From assembly GCF_009914755.1 (NCBI RefSeq), contig NC_060933.1: a stretch of 64,000 nucleotides of DNA; one strand, 5' to 3'. Below, piece after piece: positions 40,156 through 53,194 of the stretch (its first letter is position 1; each line of letters begins with the position of its first letter). The DNA comes from the human T2T-CHM13v2.0 reference genome, Homo sapiens. The notes below the pieces were generated by a model that searched no databases, was not told the origin of the DNA, and was given only the letters and a program-made list of their open reading frames with translations. The position numbers and the translations under genes were made by a program.

Positions 40156-40264
40156 CTTCGGCGAGTGGGTCAAGGGTGTGTATCATGAGTTGGAAGATGC
40201 TATTCCTCATGAGACTGTTGTGGAGGGAGGCAGAGCTTCCACCTCGCTGGAGACGCGGCTTAGC
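40156..40264 (-). CDS. SLC24A2: SLC24A2 109-nt coding exon (AKPRLQRGGSSASLHNSLMRNSIFQLMIHTLDPLAE+G), phase 0/1
   Basis: Branch-point-like ACTAAC, acceptor TCTCTTTGGTTTCTCTGCTCAG|GCT and donor GAAG|GTAAAC. The peptide is a hallmark NCKX2 loop segment. Confidence 0.97.
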
Positions 40265-40716
40265 CTGAGCAGAGAAACCAAAGAGATGGTTAGTCTCAGG
40301 AATGAAAGACAAGTGCATTATAGACAAGATCCTCACCTAGTCTGGTGGCCACTCATTTCTGTCGCATGATCACACAGTATTGAGCCAAAGATTTTCAAAG
40401 CACATTTCAAAGCCCCTGAGGGAATGGCTCTCTCACATTCTTTCCTACTAAATGAATGCATTGCTTCCCTTTTTAAAAAGAGCTTTGTAAATGCCAGACA
40501 ATGTGTTATATGCTTCACATCCCTTCATTTATCTTATTTGCAAAATGAACCCTATGAACTAGATGCTATTATTTATTCTTGTTAGATAGATGAGGACATT
40601 TCATCTCAGACAAGTGAAATGAGGTGCCCAAGTCACACTGACAAGAAGTGGAGGATGGAGGAATGGATCCCAGGTCTGCTTTTCTCAATGACTATTCTCT
40701 AAACCAGTGGGTGGTC

Positions 40717-41076
40717 TCTAACATTTTTGAAGTATGCATCCTATCAGTAAAATGTTTAAATGTATATAAATAGGCATCTATGCCCATATCTGCATAGATA
40801 CACATACTAAAATATGAACATATAAAAACACTTTCAAAAATACAAGTTAAGAAGAATAACACAGTAAATGACGAAGTGCTAATATTTTCTCCTTGCTTCC
40901 CAGAGTCTTGCACATCTCCTGGGCTACCTCATCTCTACCCTGGGACTACAGCTCTAATCCAGAAAGCAGCATAGCTTGTGTTAAGTGAGATTCAAGGAGC
41001 AGAAGCTCTTATCATGAAACCATGAGAACTCTCCCGACTTTGAGGGGGGCTCCTTTTGCACAAACTACTAGTTGTG
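40717..41076 (+). repeat. Copy 2 (probable source) of the ~365-bp direct duplication; the 5' part may be an old hAT-type DNA transposon remnant
   Basis: Aligns with 37958-38324; the transposon origin is only a resemblance. Confidence 0.9.
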
Positions 41077-42832
41077 ATCCGTTGGCCAAATAAAAGGAAC
41101 TGGTACGTGACAAGGAAGAATGAGTATCTAGAGATAAGGTTACTGACAAACTCTTTTTCTTCTATCTTCAAAAGCAAACAACCTAAAAACTCCCAAACCC
41201 TCTGTATTTTGATGGGTTTTTATCCTGAATAGGAACTGCTGTCTCCCCGTGGTTGATTTTGTGTTGATCATCACAAGAGAAGACTCTCTGAGGCAGCCAA
41301 GCTTTATAGACAGACAGATTTAAGGAGTTGAAAGGTATCGTAATGTAAGGGAATTAATTTCTTATTGAACTTTCAGCGTAAAAGTTTGACAGGTAAATTT
41401 TCTGGGGCAGGTAAAAATAAAATACTATTCTCCACTATGTCTTTCAAACTTCTGCATAACAGGGTTTTCCAAAATATTCCATCATACTCCAGACCCACAA
41501 GGGGGCTTCCCCAAAAATGTCCCATAAGAGACCCCATGATCAAATACATATTGGATATATATTGGAAAGTGCTATATCCTAGACCAACTCACCTCAGGGT
41601 TTCAAACTACATCATTAGACCACTAAGTCTAACACTAAAGAAATCTGTTTAACTTGATTAACTTGGGCAGTGTTTCCAAACTATTATCCATAGGATCTTA
41701 TTTTGTAAAACACTTGTTAACAATCATGGTCCACACATTTGGAGACAAACATGAAACCCGTAGAAAGTATGAGTAAAATATCACTATGAGATACCAGAAG
41801 AAATCACATTGCCAATTCAATAGGGATGGAAAAGAATCAGTGGGGATTACTGGTGCCTCAATGGTGAACCAGATTATGGCTCCTTAATAGAAGAGATTGA
41901 GTCTGTATCCGTGTTCTGGTACTGGATCAGGTGTATTCTATGGGCTCTCAATGAATGTTATGTCTTTGCCCTGAGCATTACAGGAGGAAGGACAGGGTCA
42001 TATGTATCTTTATTACTAACTCTTTTGGCCTTGAAAGTCTTAAACATTTTTTAATGCATTGTATTATTAGTTATAGAGGATTCAGATGATTACGGTTCAA
42101 AACATTTTAGGAGCAAACTTAGGAGACCTGAATAAAATGGAAATGTAATCACTGTTTGATGGCTGAACACAATAATTCTGAAGGTTGTTTCTTTACGATG
42201 GTGCAAAATCTGAAATGTGATGTGTTAATTAAATAGGAACTCGAAAATGTGTTTATCAATAATAACTCGTCATAACTATTATGGTCCTTATTCTGCGAAA
42301 CTGGAAGAACTCTGGTGTGGAGATCTTCATTTGAAAAAGATTACATCTAGAGAAGTACTGAAAGCATTCTTTTGTGTATTATATATACATTAAGTATATA
42401 GGTCTCATGCAGCATTTCTTTCTTTTGATGAGACCAAAAGAAATTTCCAATCAAAGTATGTGCATGCAGATACACAAAGAAAACAAATATTGAGCATTAG
42501 ATCCCACACTACCCCCAAATATTAGTTCAACATCCCTTGGAATGCAATTTGGAAATATCTCACTCTTCCAACTTCTACAAAAGTTCATACCAAATGGAAG
42601 AGAAAATTCAAACTTTTGAAACCTACTCCCAGAAGGCATGTGTCCGTGAATGCCAGAATTCAGTCATCACTAATTGTAGCACGGAGTAGAAGTACACATC
42701 AGGGGTTAGATTATTTAAGTATTCCAAGGGAGAGAGTAATGTGTTGAGCACACAAACCCGTCTCACTCCCACCCCTGCCCCACGCTCTCCACAGGCACAC
42801 AAACAGGTACAGACAAAGCCACTGCTTCCTAC

Positions 42833-42871
42833 CGGTAGAGTCGGTTCATCCTTGTCCCTGGCTGCAGATGG
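42833..42871 (-). CDS. SLC24A2: SLC24A2 39-nt coding exon (PSAARDKDEPTLP), phase 0/0
   Basis: Minus strand reads ...TTTGCCTTTTTCTCTTATGCAG|CCATCTGCAGCCAGGGACAAGGATGAACCGACTCTACCG|GTAGGA. It has a long pyrimidine tract and AG/GT ends, and the peptide matches NCKX2. Confidence 0.96.
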
Positions 42872-43139
42872 CTGCATAAGAGAAAAAGGCAAAGACAAAA
42901 GACAAAGAAATAAATAAATGAAGAATCACATATGGCATTTACATTTAATAACAAGCATCAGTATAGGGGAAGATTTCATTCTTTCTGCTCCTGGGATGAG
43001 TTAAGCCAAAACAGGGGACTAAGGATGTATATTTTTAGCCAAAATATAATGGTTTATTTAGGTACATGGTTCATTCTCCTGAAAGGTCAAAGTTGAATGG
43101 CCAACCCGAATGTCCAGCAATACAGAGCAGTTAAGTCAA

Positions 43140-43400
43140 CTGTGGCCCAGCCATGCAGTGGAATACTATGTGATCATTAAAATGAATGAGGTAATTCACA
43201 TGTTCTGACATGGAAAATATCTATTGATAACTGAAAAAATTAAACATTTATAAATATTTATTGTTTCATTTCATAAAGGAAAATAATTAATATTTTAGTG
43301 CATATAAAGAAAAAAATTCTGAAAGAATGATACCAAACTGTTATTAGTGGTTGTTACTGGGGGATGGGATTGCAAAGAAATGTCATTTTCTATATGTTTT
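43140..43400 (+). mobile_element. Old L1 (L1ME-like) fragment
   Basis: ccatgcagtggaatactatg..., accaaactgttattagtggttgttactggg. Confidence 0.6.
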
Positions 43401-45841
43401 GGGGGGAGTCAGCATTCATTGCTCCATGTATTATGAATAAAATAAAGCTCACAGAAGTTAGGCCACTGCATTAAAGACTAGGATCATCCCATATGGAAAT
43501 CAGATAACCCATCTTTCCTTCTGTTCCCATCACCTCAAGTTTTCTATTCTAAAAAGAGAAGTCTCTGTCCAGTTGAGAAATGTGGATTAGAACACAAGGG
43601 CACATAAAGGCCTGGTAATCTGCTGGAAGCGAACGCAACTCAGACAAGGGGGCAGTGGAATTCTACCGACATGACCCACCTGGACAGCTTTTACTTCCTC
43701 AACTCAATGGCAACTCTCCTTCTTCGCCAGAACCGGGGACCACCCTGGGATCTTTCCAACGAGATACAGGTGCCTGGTGAATAGTTCCTCATACTTAGAC
43801 AGCACCTTCGTCACTTCACCTCAACTACAGGTGCAGACAGCAAGAACAAACTGGAACCCTTCCCCTGTCTGGCCTTCTGGTCCTCCCCATTAGGGTCTAA
43901 ACAGACGTCTGTCTTCAGGAATAATCACATACTTGGAGGAGAGTAGCCAGATGCAGAACAGTTTTAAAACCTTCATGTGCTCTAGGCTTTCTGTTTTAGG
44001 GTCTACCACACCTACCATGTAAAGATATTAAGATGTCCCCACATCTCATCTAAAATATTCAATTACCTAAAATATACACTTTTGTGTAAAAAAAATAGAA
44101 GGGATTCTTATAATTTTGAATTTCAAATTATTTGCTATGTGCCAATCATTTAAGTTAGGATTAGCATGCTCAAAATCTTGCAAAGTGAAAAAATCAAATC
44201 TACAATTTGTTTTCACATGTAATGGATTTTTAAGAAGGTGAAATTCAACACTTAATGAGGTTGATGTTAAATATTTTGTGGACATTCAATTAGACATTTA
44301 ATAATTTTGATTTTTGTAGACACCTTTTTGGATTCTGGAGTCAATACCAATGTGTTTTTTTCCCCCTTCTGGTTCCAAGCATTTTTATAGGCTCTTGAAG
44401 AACTTGCAAGTCTCAGACATAGACAGAAGGGTTCTGCGTTGGTGGTAATTTCTGAGCACAGCCTGTGGGCATCACTAAATTCGCCTTAACCCTTGGGTTG
44501 GGGGCTCTCTCTCAATGACTTCTCTAAAAACGCTAATAGGGAAATATCCTGATGCCCTAGTTCCCAAGAGCCTGCTTGCAGAACTGGAGTGGACAGGAAA
44601 CTGTCCTTTGATTTCCCACTTTCCTCTGAACGGCACTGTATGATCCTGCTTCTCTCTGGCAGGTCCTCTCCTTTTCTTTCCTTCCACATCAGACAGCTCA
44701 ACAAATGGCCTCACAGTCTACAGGGCAATCCCCTAGGGAAATTTTCCAGGGCAGCAAGCTCAGCCTTTAGACATACATTGAGATTAACCGTCAGAGCACG
44801 CCTGGTCAGTTAACAAATTTACACCTTGTGGCTAAATGGGAGACCAATAATTATGAGCTGGAATTGATACCACAGTGTTGACACAGAACATGAAGGAACA
44901 GGATGAAAGCAGGGAGAGAAAAAGGTGGGCTTTATAAGGGCAGAAACGTCACCAGCTGAGAGTTTGAATTTTAAAAAATATATCTAAATACATGATTAAG
45001 GAAGGAAAAAAAAATCCAAACCTGTCTTTTGGTCTGAAAAGAAGAAAAAAATATCTACTCTATCGACTTCCTTTTTCTCTCACAGCAAGGAGGATCATAA
45101 AACATAAAAAGTGGAAGGAAAATGCCTGTACATAGATTCTTCAGAGAAAAAACTGAGTGCAGAGACAGGCCTGAAATTCTCTATAAAATATCCCACTGTT
45201 TAATGTCTGCAGTTGACATCATTCGTTTTCTTTCAAGTGTAATCTGCAGACATGAATATACATCAGGGTATAATATGTAAATTTAGGTATACACACAAAT
45301 GGCAGCGGAGGCCATTAAAACACCCCTCTACTTTCCTTTTATGTAGCCCTGTTGCAAAAGAGATAAGAAGTGTGACATATGATGGTAATTGCCCATTTCC
45401 AGGGGCTCACCCACATCTACTGATAATTCGAAGTTCACCTGACTTAGCCTTGCTCTAATTGCATCCTGAAGCAGCCTCACAGTCCTGACAATATACAGCT
45501 GATTACGTTACAAATTCAATTTTAAAGGGGTTTAATTACACGGGAAGTAACTAGTGAAGGTGACAAAGAAATGATTTTAATGTGTATAGCCAGTGGGTTT
45601 TGGGTTGGCCTAGTGTTGTGAATTTATTTTCAAGGCCATTAAATACATGGCAAGTTTATTCTAACCCATGGGATATTACAGAAGACAACTTCTTCAAAAG
45701 AAGACTAACATGACTCTAAGGATTAATCTTGGCATTCTTATGATGCATTTTGCTTTTTAACCCCCTTAATTTTAAACACACCAAAATACCACTCATTTGG
45801 GCTGTATTAATATGAAAGCCCAATTCCTGGTAGTCAGCATG

Positions 45842-45954
45842 CTATGGATTGGCTTAACAAATTCCTATAAATAAATAAATAAATAAATTTAATGAATACA
45901 TTTATAAATAAATTTCCTATAGCTGTAGAAAAAGTCTGTTAAGCCAATCTATAG
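45842..45954. repeat. Interrupted long palindrome with an internal (TAAA)n tract
   Basis: Left arm ctatggattggcttaacaaatt versus the reverse complement of the right arm, ctatagattggcttaacagactt. Confidence 0.88.
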
Positions 45955-46066
45955 TACACACACAACTATTCTTTGAGGATTGTTTAAAAGAATTCATAAA
46001 CTACATCCTGAAGGTCTCAGATCAGGGCTTTGGTGTGCCAACGCAGACTCCCCTCACCATTTATAA

Positions 46067-46576
<510 letters not shown>

Positions 46577-47977
46577 TAGGAATTTTGCTACTTATTTGAT
46601 AGGTGTTTTGAAATTGTCCATTTATGCTTGCATCCCAGATAATAAAATGCATAGCCCATTTGGATAGCATTTTGATGCTATAAATCAGTCCCAAGTCCTT
46701 AAATCTTCTTTCTTCCTTTGATCCTTGAAAGCGAGAAATGATTTTGCTGACTATAAAGTGTAGTTTTGATGGATCTTTGTACATAGCCTTTCACCACATA
46801 CAGGCCCCTAGTCCCACCTCACACACATAAAAATTAGGCCAATACTGCAGTCCAGCTGCCTCAGGGCCACTCAGTAAGAGGATACTAACATGTCCATGGT
46901 TCACTCTGGTAATTATCTACTTACAAATCACATATCAAATGGGTCACCATGAAGACTTCATAGGACAAAAGACAAGTGTGTAACTAAGGGATTTTTTTTT
47001 GGTCAATGACGTGGCATCAGATATAGAAGAACAATAAACAGTTCGTTGCTAAAGCTAAGTAACAGCTATAAACTTCCACCACTTTAACATTCCACCAAGT
47101 CCTGCAAAATGGGCCTAAAATGCATTATGCCAAGGACCTGGAAGCATTATAAAGTCTATAGAAATAAACTTAAACATATTATTTTGTGAAAAATATAATC
47201 TGAAACAAATATGCCCATGATTAGAATATTAATCCAATATTCCAATGGACATGAATTTTAATGTCTTAGAATTCAGGAAGATTTGGTGAGGAATGATTTG
47301 AATGACTGATTTTCATTTAAAAAATTAACATGAAAGTGTAAAATGATGTTTCCTTTTTCTTTCAATACACTACTGTAATAAATAAAAACATTCAAAATGT
47401 CTCTCCTTGTTAAAGATGAATAAACCTCAAAGCCTATTGGGAAGACTAGATACAAGGTGCAAAGTCCTCAAATCTGAAATATAAAAGGAAAAACACCCTA
47501 CTACCTCTTAGTCAGATGGAAACTCATCTCTTTCTCCCTCCTTTTACTTTGTCTTAACATAGTCCCTAAAACATTAAGGGAGGGGAGATTAAATAAATTC
47601 CTAGAGAAAGAAAGAAAAATTTAAATTCAAATTACTTTGACTGGTTGCTGGTAATTATCTGACAATCATGGCCCTTCTGCAAAGAAGGAATCTCAGAGAA
47701 CAATGAAGTGCTGAAGATGACAGCCCAGGGTGCAGGAGTACCCACTTTACAATCCGGTTTAAAGAAATACACTGGGATGGACAGAAGGGGTAGAAATGAT
47801 CTAAGTAAGAAGTGCGGTAATGAAAGCTCACATTTTGGAAGCAAAGCCTTTTGATGATTTGTTTGGATAATCTTCATGGTCATGAAATATTTGAGATAGT
47901 AGAAAAATTTTTTGAGAAGAATAGATATCTTCGCCAATATGGAAGGAGTAGAAGAGAAATTGTTTAGAGACAGTTAA

Positions 47978-48405
<428 letters not shown>

Positions 48406-49294
48406 TATCTACTTATGTATCTATGTGCTACTGGCAACCATTGTAAAAACATGGACTAATTTATTCCCTCTTTTAAAAAAGATAACAAATAGTAGTCTTA
48501 ATATTTTTTTCTTGCATTCCAAATAATTATCTTGTGCACTCCACTGGAACATTAGCACAAACTTTTAGAAATGAATTCTTTCAATGCCTCTCACAGAATT
48601 GACAAGCTATATGGAATGTATTAATATCTTTTACCCAACTCCTTCAGTTAGCCTCCCTAATACTGGAAGCTGTAAGATCCTTGAGGACAGGATTCACCTC
48701 TTTGCCTTCCATGGTCCTTAACTGTGGCTACTTAAAATGCAATTAAGAGGCCTGGGTGAGTGAGAGCACCCTGGCAGAACAGAACTGTGTGCTTCTGGGT
48801 CAGTTACCAGAGCTCCTCAGCTGCTTGTGTCACTGGCTAAATTAACAGTAATGGTGATTATTTAAGTCTACCTATTAATGTCTACCTATTAAATCAATTA
48901 AAGGTTAATCTTTCTTATTAAGTATGTACATAGAAGACAGTAATCCTCATCTTACAAATGGAGAAAGAGAGGCAAGAAGGGCCTCAGGCTATTTCTGTAC
49001 TTAGGATACTAAGCACCAGTGTTAATTCACTTAATTTAGGAATTAACAACCCGACTACCCCTGCTATCTCTTGCCTTCCCCTGAAAAATCCAGATGTTCC
49101 TAATTTACTTTGTTGTACCATTTCAGCAATTCTCACAATTGCTAATGAATAATTTTGATATGCCAATCAAACACAATCTGCTAGTGGTGTTCTGGTATTA
49201 GTCACACGAATTTCCTTTGACTAGTAAAGAATGCAATATGCAATCATCTATTAAGTCCTGGTTGCCTTACTTCCTTTAAGGAACGGGTCTAACA

Positions 49295-49509
49295 CAGGAG
49301 GTGTCCAACCTTTTGGCTTCCCTGAGCCACACTGGAAGAAGAACTATCTTAGGCCACACATAAAATACGCTAACACTAATGACAGCTGATGAACTAAAAC
49401 AAACAAACAACTCATAATGTTTTAAGAAAGTTTAAGAATTTGTGTTGGGCTACATTCAAAGCTGTCCTGGGCTGCTTGTGCCCTGCGAGGTGCGGGTTGG
49501 GCAAGCTTG
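49295..49509. mobile_element. MER30 hAT-Charlie element
   Basis: gtgtccaaccttttggcttccctgagccacactggaagaagaa...gggttgggcaagcttg. Confidence 0.85.
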
Positions 49510-52500
49510 GAGGATGTGATTTTTTAAAAAGGTCTAACAAATGCTGGTGTGCAACAAACTACAGAATACTTTGTAGCAAATGAGGCAGATTTCAGTAATA
49601 ATGTGTGCCAAGTGTTATATATATAATATCTCATCGAATCCTCACAATAATAGGTATTATAAACATATACTCCCCCTTTCAACACATGAGGACCCTGAAG
49701 CTGATGGAGTTGGACAATTTTTCCAAGGCCACATAGCCAGCAAGTGGCAGAGCTCAGATACGAACTCAGACAGTTGGGCTCCAGAGCCTTCCTAAGTGCT
49801 GGGGAAATGAGAAAGTGGCATTTTCCTTGCAGTGACCTGTGAGGAGGCTGCAGACAATACAACTTCAAATATAGTAAAAAATAGTTCACATATATTAAGA
49901 ACTGTTATGAGCTCTGACTTCCAATGGAGGTGAGAAAATAGTGGCAAGTGATTGTTGTGAATTTAGAATGAAAGCTTTGATTTGTGTTTATTTTGTACAA
50001 AAAGCTAGTATCTGGGAGTAGAGAAAGTTACAGAGGCTATTTTGTCTCTTCCAGCATCATTACTTAGAATCACTTACTATTGTCATGATTTACTATTATT
50101 ATTTCTGTCTCTTGAAGGTCATAGGGGCACTTTTTATGCCTTCAGAACGGCATAGATTTAAGTAAAACTGCAAATGAGTTGCTCCATATATCAAGTTGAC
50201 TTGTATTAAGGAGTTGATAGCTCAGCAGTAGGTGGGAAAAAAGGGCCCCCCTGGTGGTCCCAGTTATCACTGCGGTCATGAGACATTCTATATTTAGTTT
50301 ATTTGGAAGTTCGGGTGGGCTCAGTCTTTGATTTATTTCTGACACTTCAAGGACTAGTGCTATTTCATTGTTTCAGGGAAAGAACAAGCTCAAAAAATGA
50401 AAATAGTCACTCTTGGTGTTTAAAGCTTCAGTGGGAGAGTGTGAATGGCAAGTTTTGAATAAAGAAAATTCATTCATTTAACAGTAATTATTTGATAATA
50501 TTTATCACACACTTATATATGGCCAAGGATTCTTCTAGGTTCCTGGGATTTAGGTGTGGCCCAAACTGGCAAAAATGTCTGTCCTTATGGAACCTGCATT
50601 TCAGAATAAATATGTTATATCATTAAATTAACTAGATAGAAAGGGTAGGTAGTCATTATTAGATCACTTAAAATTAAGTGTTACATTTAAGAATATACTT
50701 AAGAGGATTACCTGTGGCCTAATCATTACTTTTGTAGTCACATTTTATCACACATTTATTAATTCTAGATTTAGCATCTATTCTTGTTTAGAGAGAAGCT
50801 GGCAAAGACTATAAAAGTGTAAAGAACAAGCTTGTGTCTATAAAATTATAAACAACACATATATTAATAGTAGAATTCACTGAGCAAAGGGCATTAGATA
50901 TTTAAAATGCATTTTAAAACTGATATAATTGAAGACATAATTTAATTTTTGATAATATTAACAGTAACAAAATTTTTTTGCCAATCTTTTATTTTAAAAA
51001 AGATTAGATTTTTTAAAAATAAGAAACTTTGAACCTCAAAGAGAACAAAACCCCACAATTTGAATGTAATATAGTGATTTTTATACGTATAACTTTTCAT
51101 ATTTATAGTCTTCTAGCTACAAACAATGCAGCCTCATTAATATAGCAGATTAATTCTTCACCACGTTTTAACTTCCGATCTCAGAAATATCAACGGTACC
51201 ATATCAGTACCTGATTCCAAAAGGACCCTGGCACAATTTCCATATAGGCAAAAAAATAGAGATGCCAGATTTGCTGAATTTAGTTTTGGAATTTCCAGGA
51301 AGCAAAAACATCATATAAACCCAATTTAAATATTTAATAATATAAATGCAAATCTAAGTAAACTTGGGGAAAAATAAAGGGCACAAATATCAAGCATACA
51401 ACACTTTCCGTTGAAAATGCACTGATAATGAGAACCAGTCTCACTCCTTGATCTGCTCTTCTTTCCCAAGAGAGGCCAAGAGGAAGCTAAACTCATTCAT
51501 GTCACGAAGATGAGTTATAAAAGTGGGACGCAGCAAGTTCGTTTCAAGCACTGCCTGGCTACTTCCACATTCCATTTCCACTGTGTGTCCCCTCCTCCCC
51601 ACTTCCTCCCTAGTTCATTCTTTTGTATTATTTGTCTCATCTCTCTCTTTTTCACTATTGAGCACCCTTCTGAGGGCAGAGACCATGTCTATTTCATTTG
51701 ATATTATTCCACAGTACCTAGCATAGTGGTGCTCAATGCTCAGTAAATGCATGTTTAATAATAAATAAGTTAAATCAGATCTTATATATTTTTAATGAGC
51801 CCATATGCTCATCCATAATGAGGCTGAAGGTAAATAGCTTCGTCTTGGTCCAACACTGAATTGTGTCACTTTCCTCCTGGCATTTGATACTGCGAGTGAC
51901 CCACTGCTTCTTGAATCAGTCTCCTCCCAGGTATCTGGCATGTGTGCTCTGACTAGGTCACTACTTCCTCATTCCTGTGGAAATGCAACAATATCAAACC
52001 TCCCTTCTTTGAACTCCTGTGTTAAAGACATCATTTCACAACGCTCCCAACTGCTTGTGTTTGCCATTTTGCCTGCTTTGTTGGACTTGTAAGCTTCTTG
52101 AGTGAGGGGGTCTTACATATTACACATCTTTATACTTCCAATTTTGCCCACCAGTGTGCTGCCACCCCACGGATGCTCTGCAAACATAGAAGTTTTGACT
52201 GCTGGCCATAAGCGGTGAGACTAGAGCTTTGAAAGGAAGGAGGATTCTCAAACATGCAGGAAACTCACCATGAGGCACAAAAGAATTGAGGTGACTGGGT
52301 CCAGTGTTGGGGCCTACAGTATGGTCAGCGGAAACCATTTGACTAATACAGAGTGGCATCATTAAAAAATTCTCTGGCTTCATCCCTGGGACCCTGTGCC
52401 CAGACACTGCTGTACGGGTCCTTTAACCTGAGAGAGCCAGTCTTTCTTTTGGTGGTCCAATTGGACCTGTACTACTAATGGCTGAGGTGAGTGCAGTAGG

Positions 52501-53194
52501 GGTCCTCTGTTTTGGCTGGTGAAAGGGTTGAATGGAATAGGCCCACCATGCAGTGAAGTGGAGAACATGGCAGTAAGAAACCGTTCCACTGGGTGTTGAC
52601 CATGATACACCTGGCCATCCTGGAAAACAGAGTAGATGGTAAGGACTAGGAGTCCCATTAGTGGGGCTTGACATGAGGACAGTTACCTTCTCAATTGTCC
52701 CTGGGGCTGATGCAGTTTAGGGTAGAGTGAGTCAAATTAAGATTCAAACTTATCCTCAACATCTCAGCTCACTCCCTGCACCCCATCTGCCATCCTTTGC
52801 TGTCATAGGGAGTCCAGGCAAATTGTCATTTTATCTATGCCTACCTGGGATGTTACCATGTTATTCCCTCTTGCTCCATTTGCCAAATATCCTCCTTCAC
52901 GGCATTTAAAAAATCACCCATTCATTCTTCATCACATGTTTAATGAGCATCTTATATGTGCTACATTTTTCTAGGTGCAGGGATAAAACAGTGACCAAAA
53001 TAGCCCAAATCCTTGCTTTCACGGAGTGTATATTCTAGCCTAGATCTCACTTCCAAGACACATTCTTCCAATTAAGTAGCAACAGCAGCAGTTAATATAT
53101 GAAATCCTTGCTGACCTTTATCGAGCACTAACTACAGTTGAAATACTGGGCTAAATGCTCATTCATAATCTTAGGTGGCAGGTATTATTAGGAA

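Noticed and set aside
40061-40369. 102-aa plus-strand ORF overlapping the 109-nt exon
   Set aside because: Antisense shadow of a real exon, with a non-ATG start and no recognisable protein.
52380-52674. Two open minus-strand frames after a good acceptor (CTGTTTTCCAG|G at ~52620)
   Set aside because: Only weak donors follow and there is no NCKX similarity; such acceptors are common by chance.
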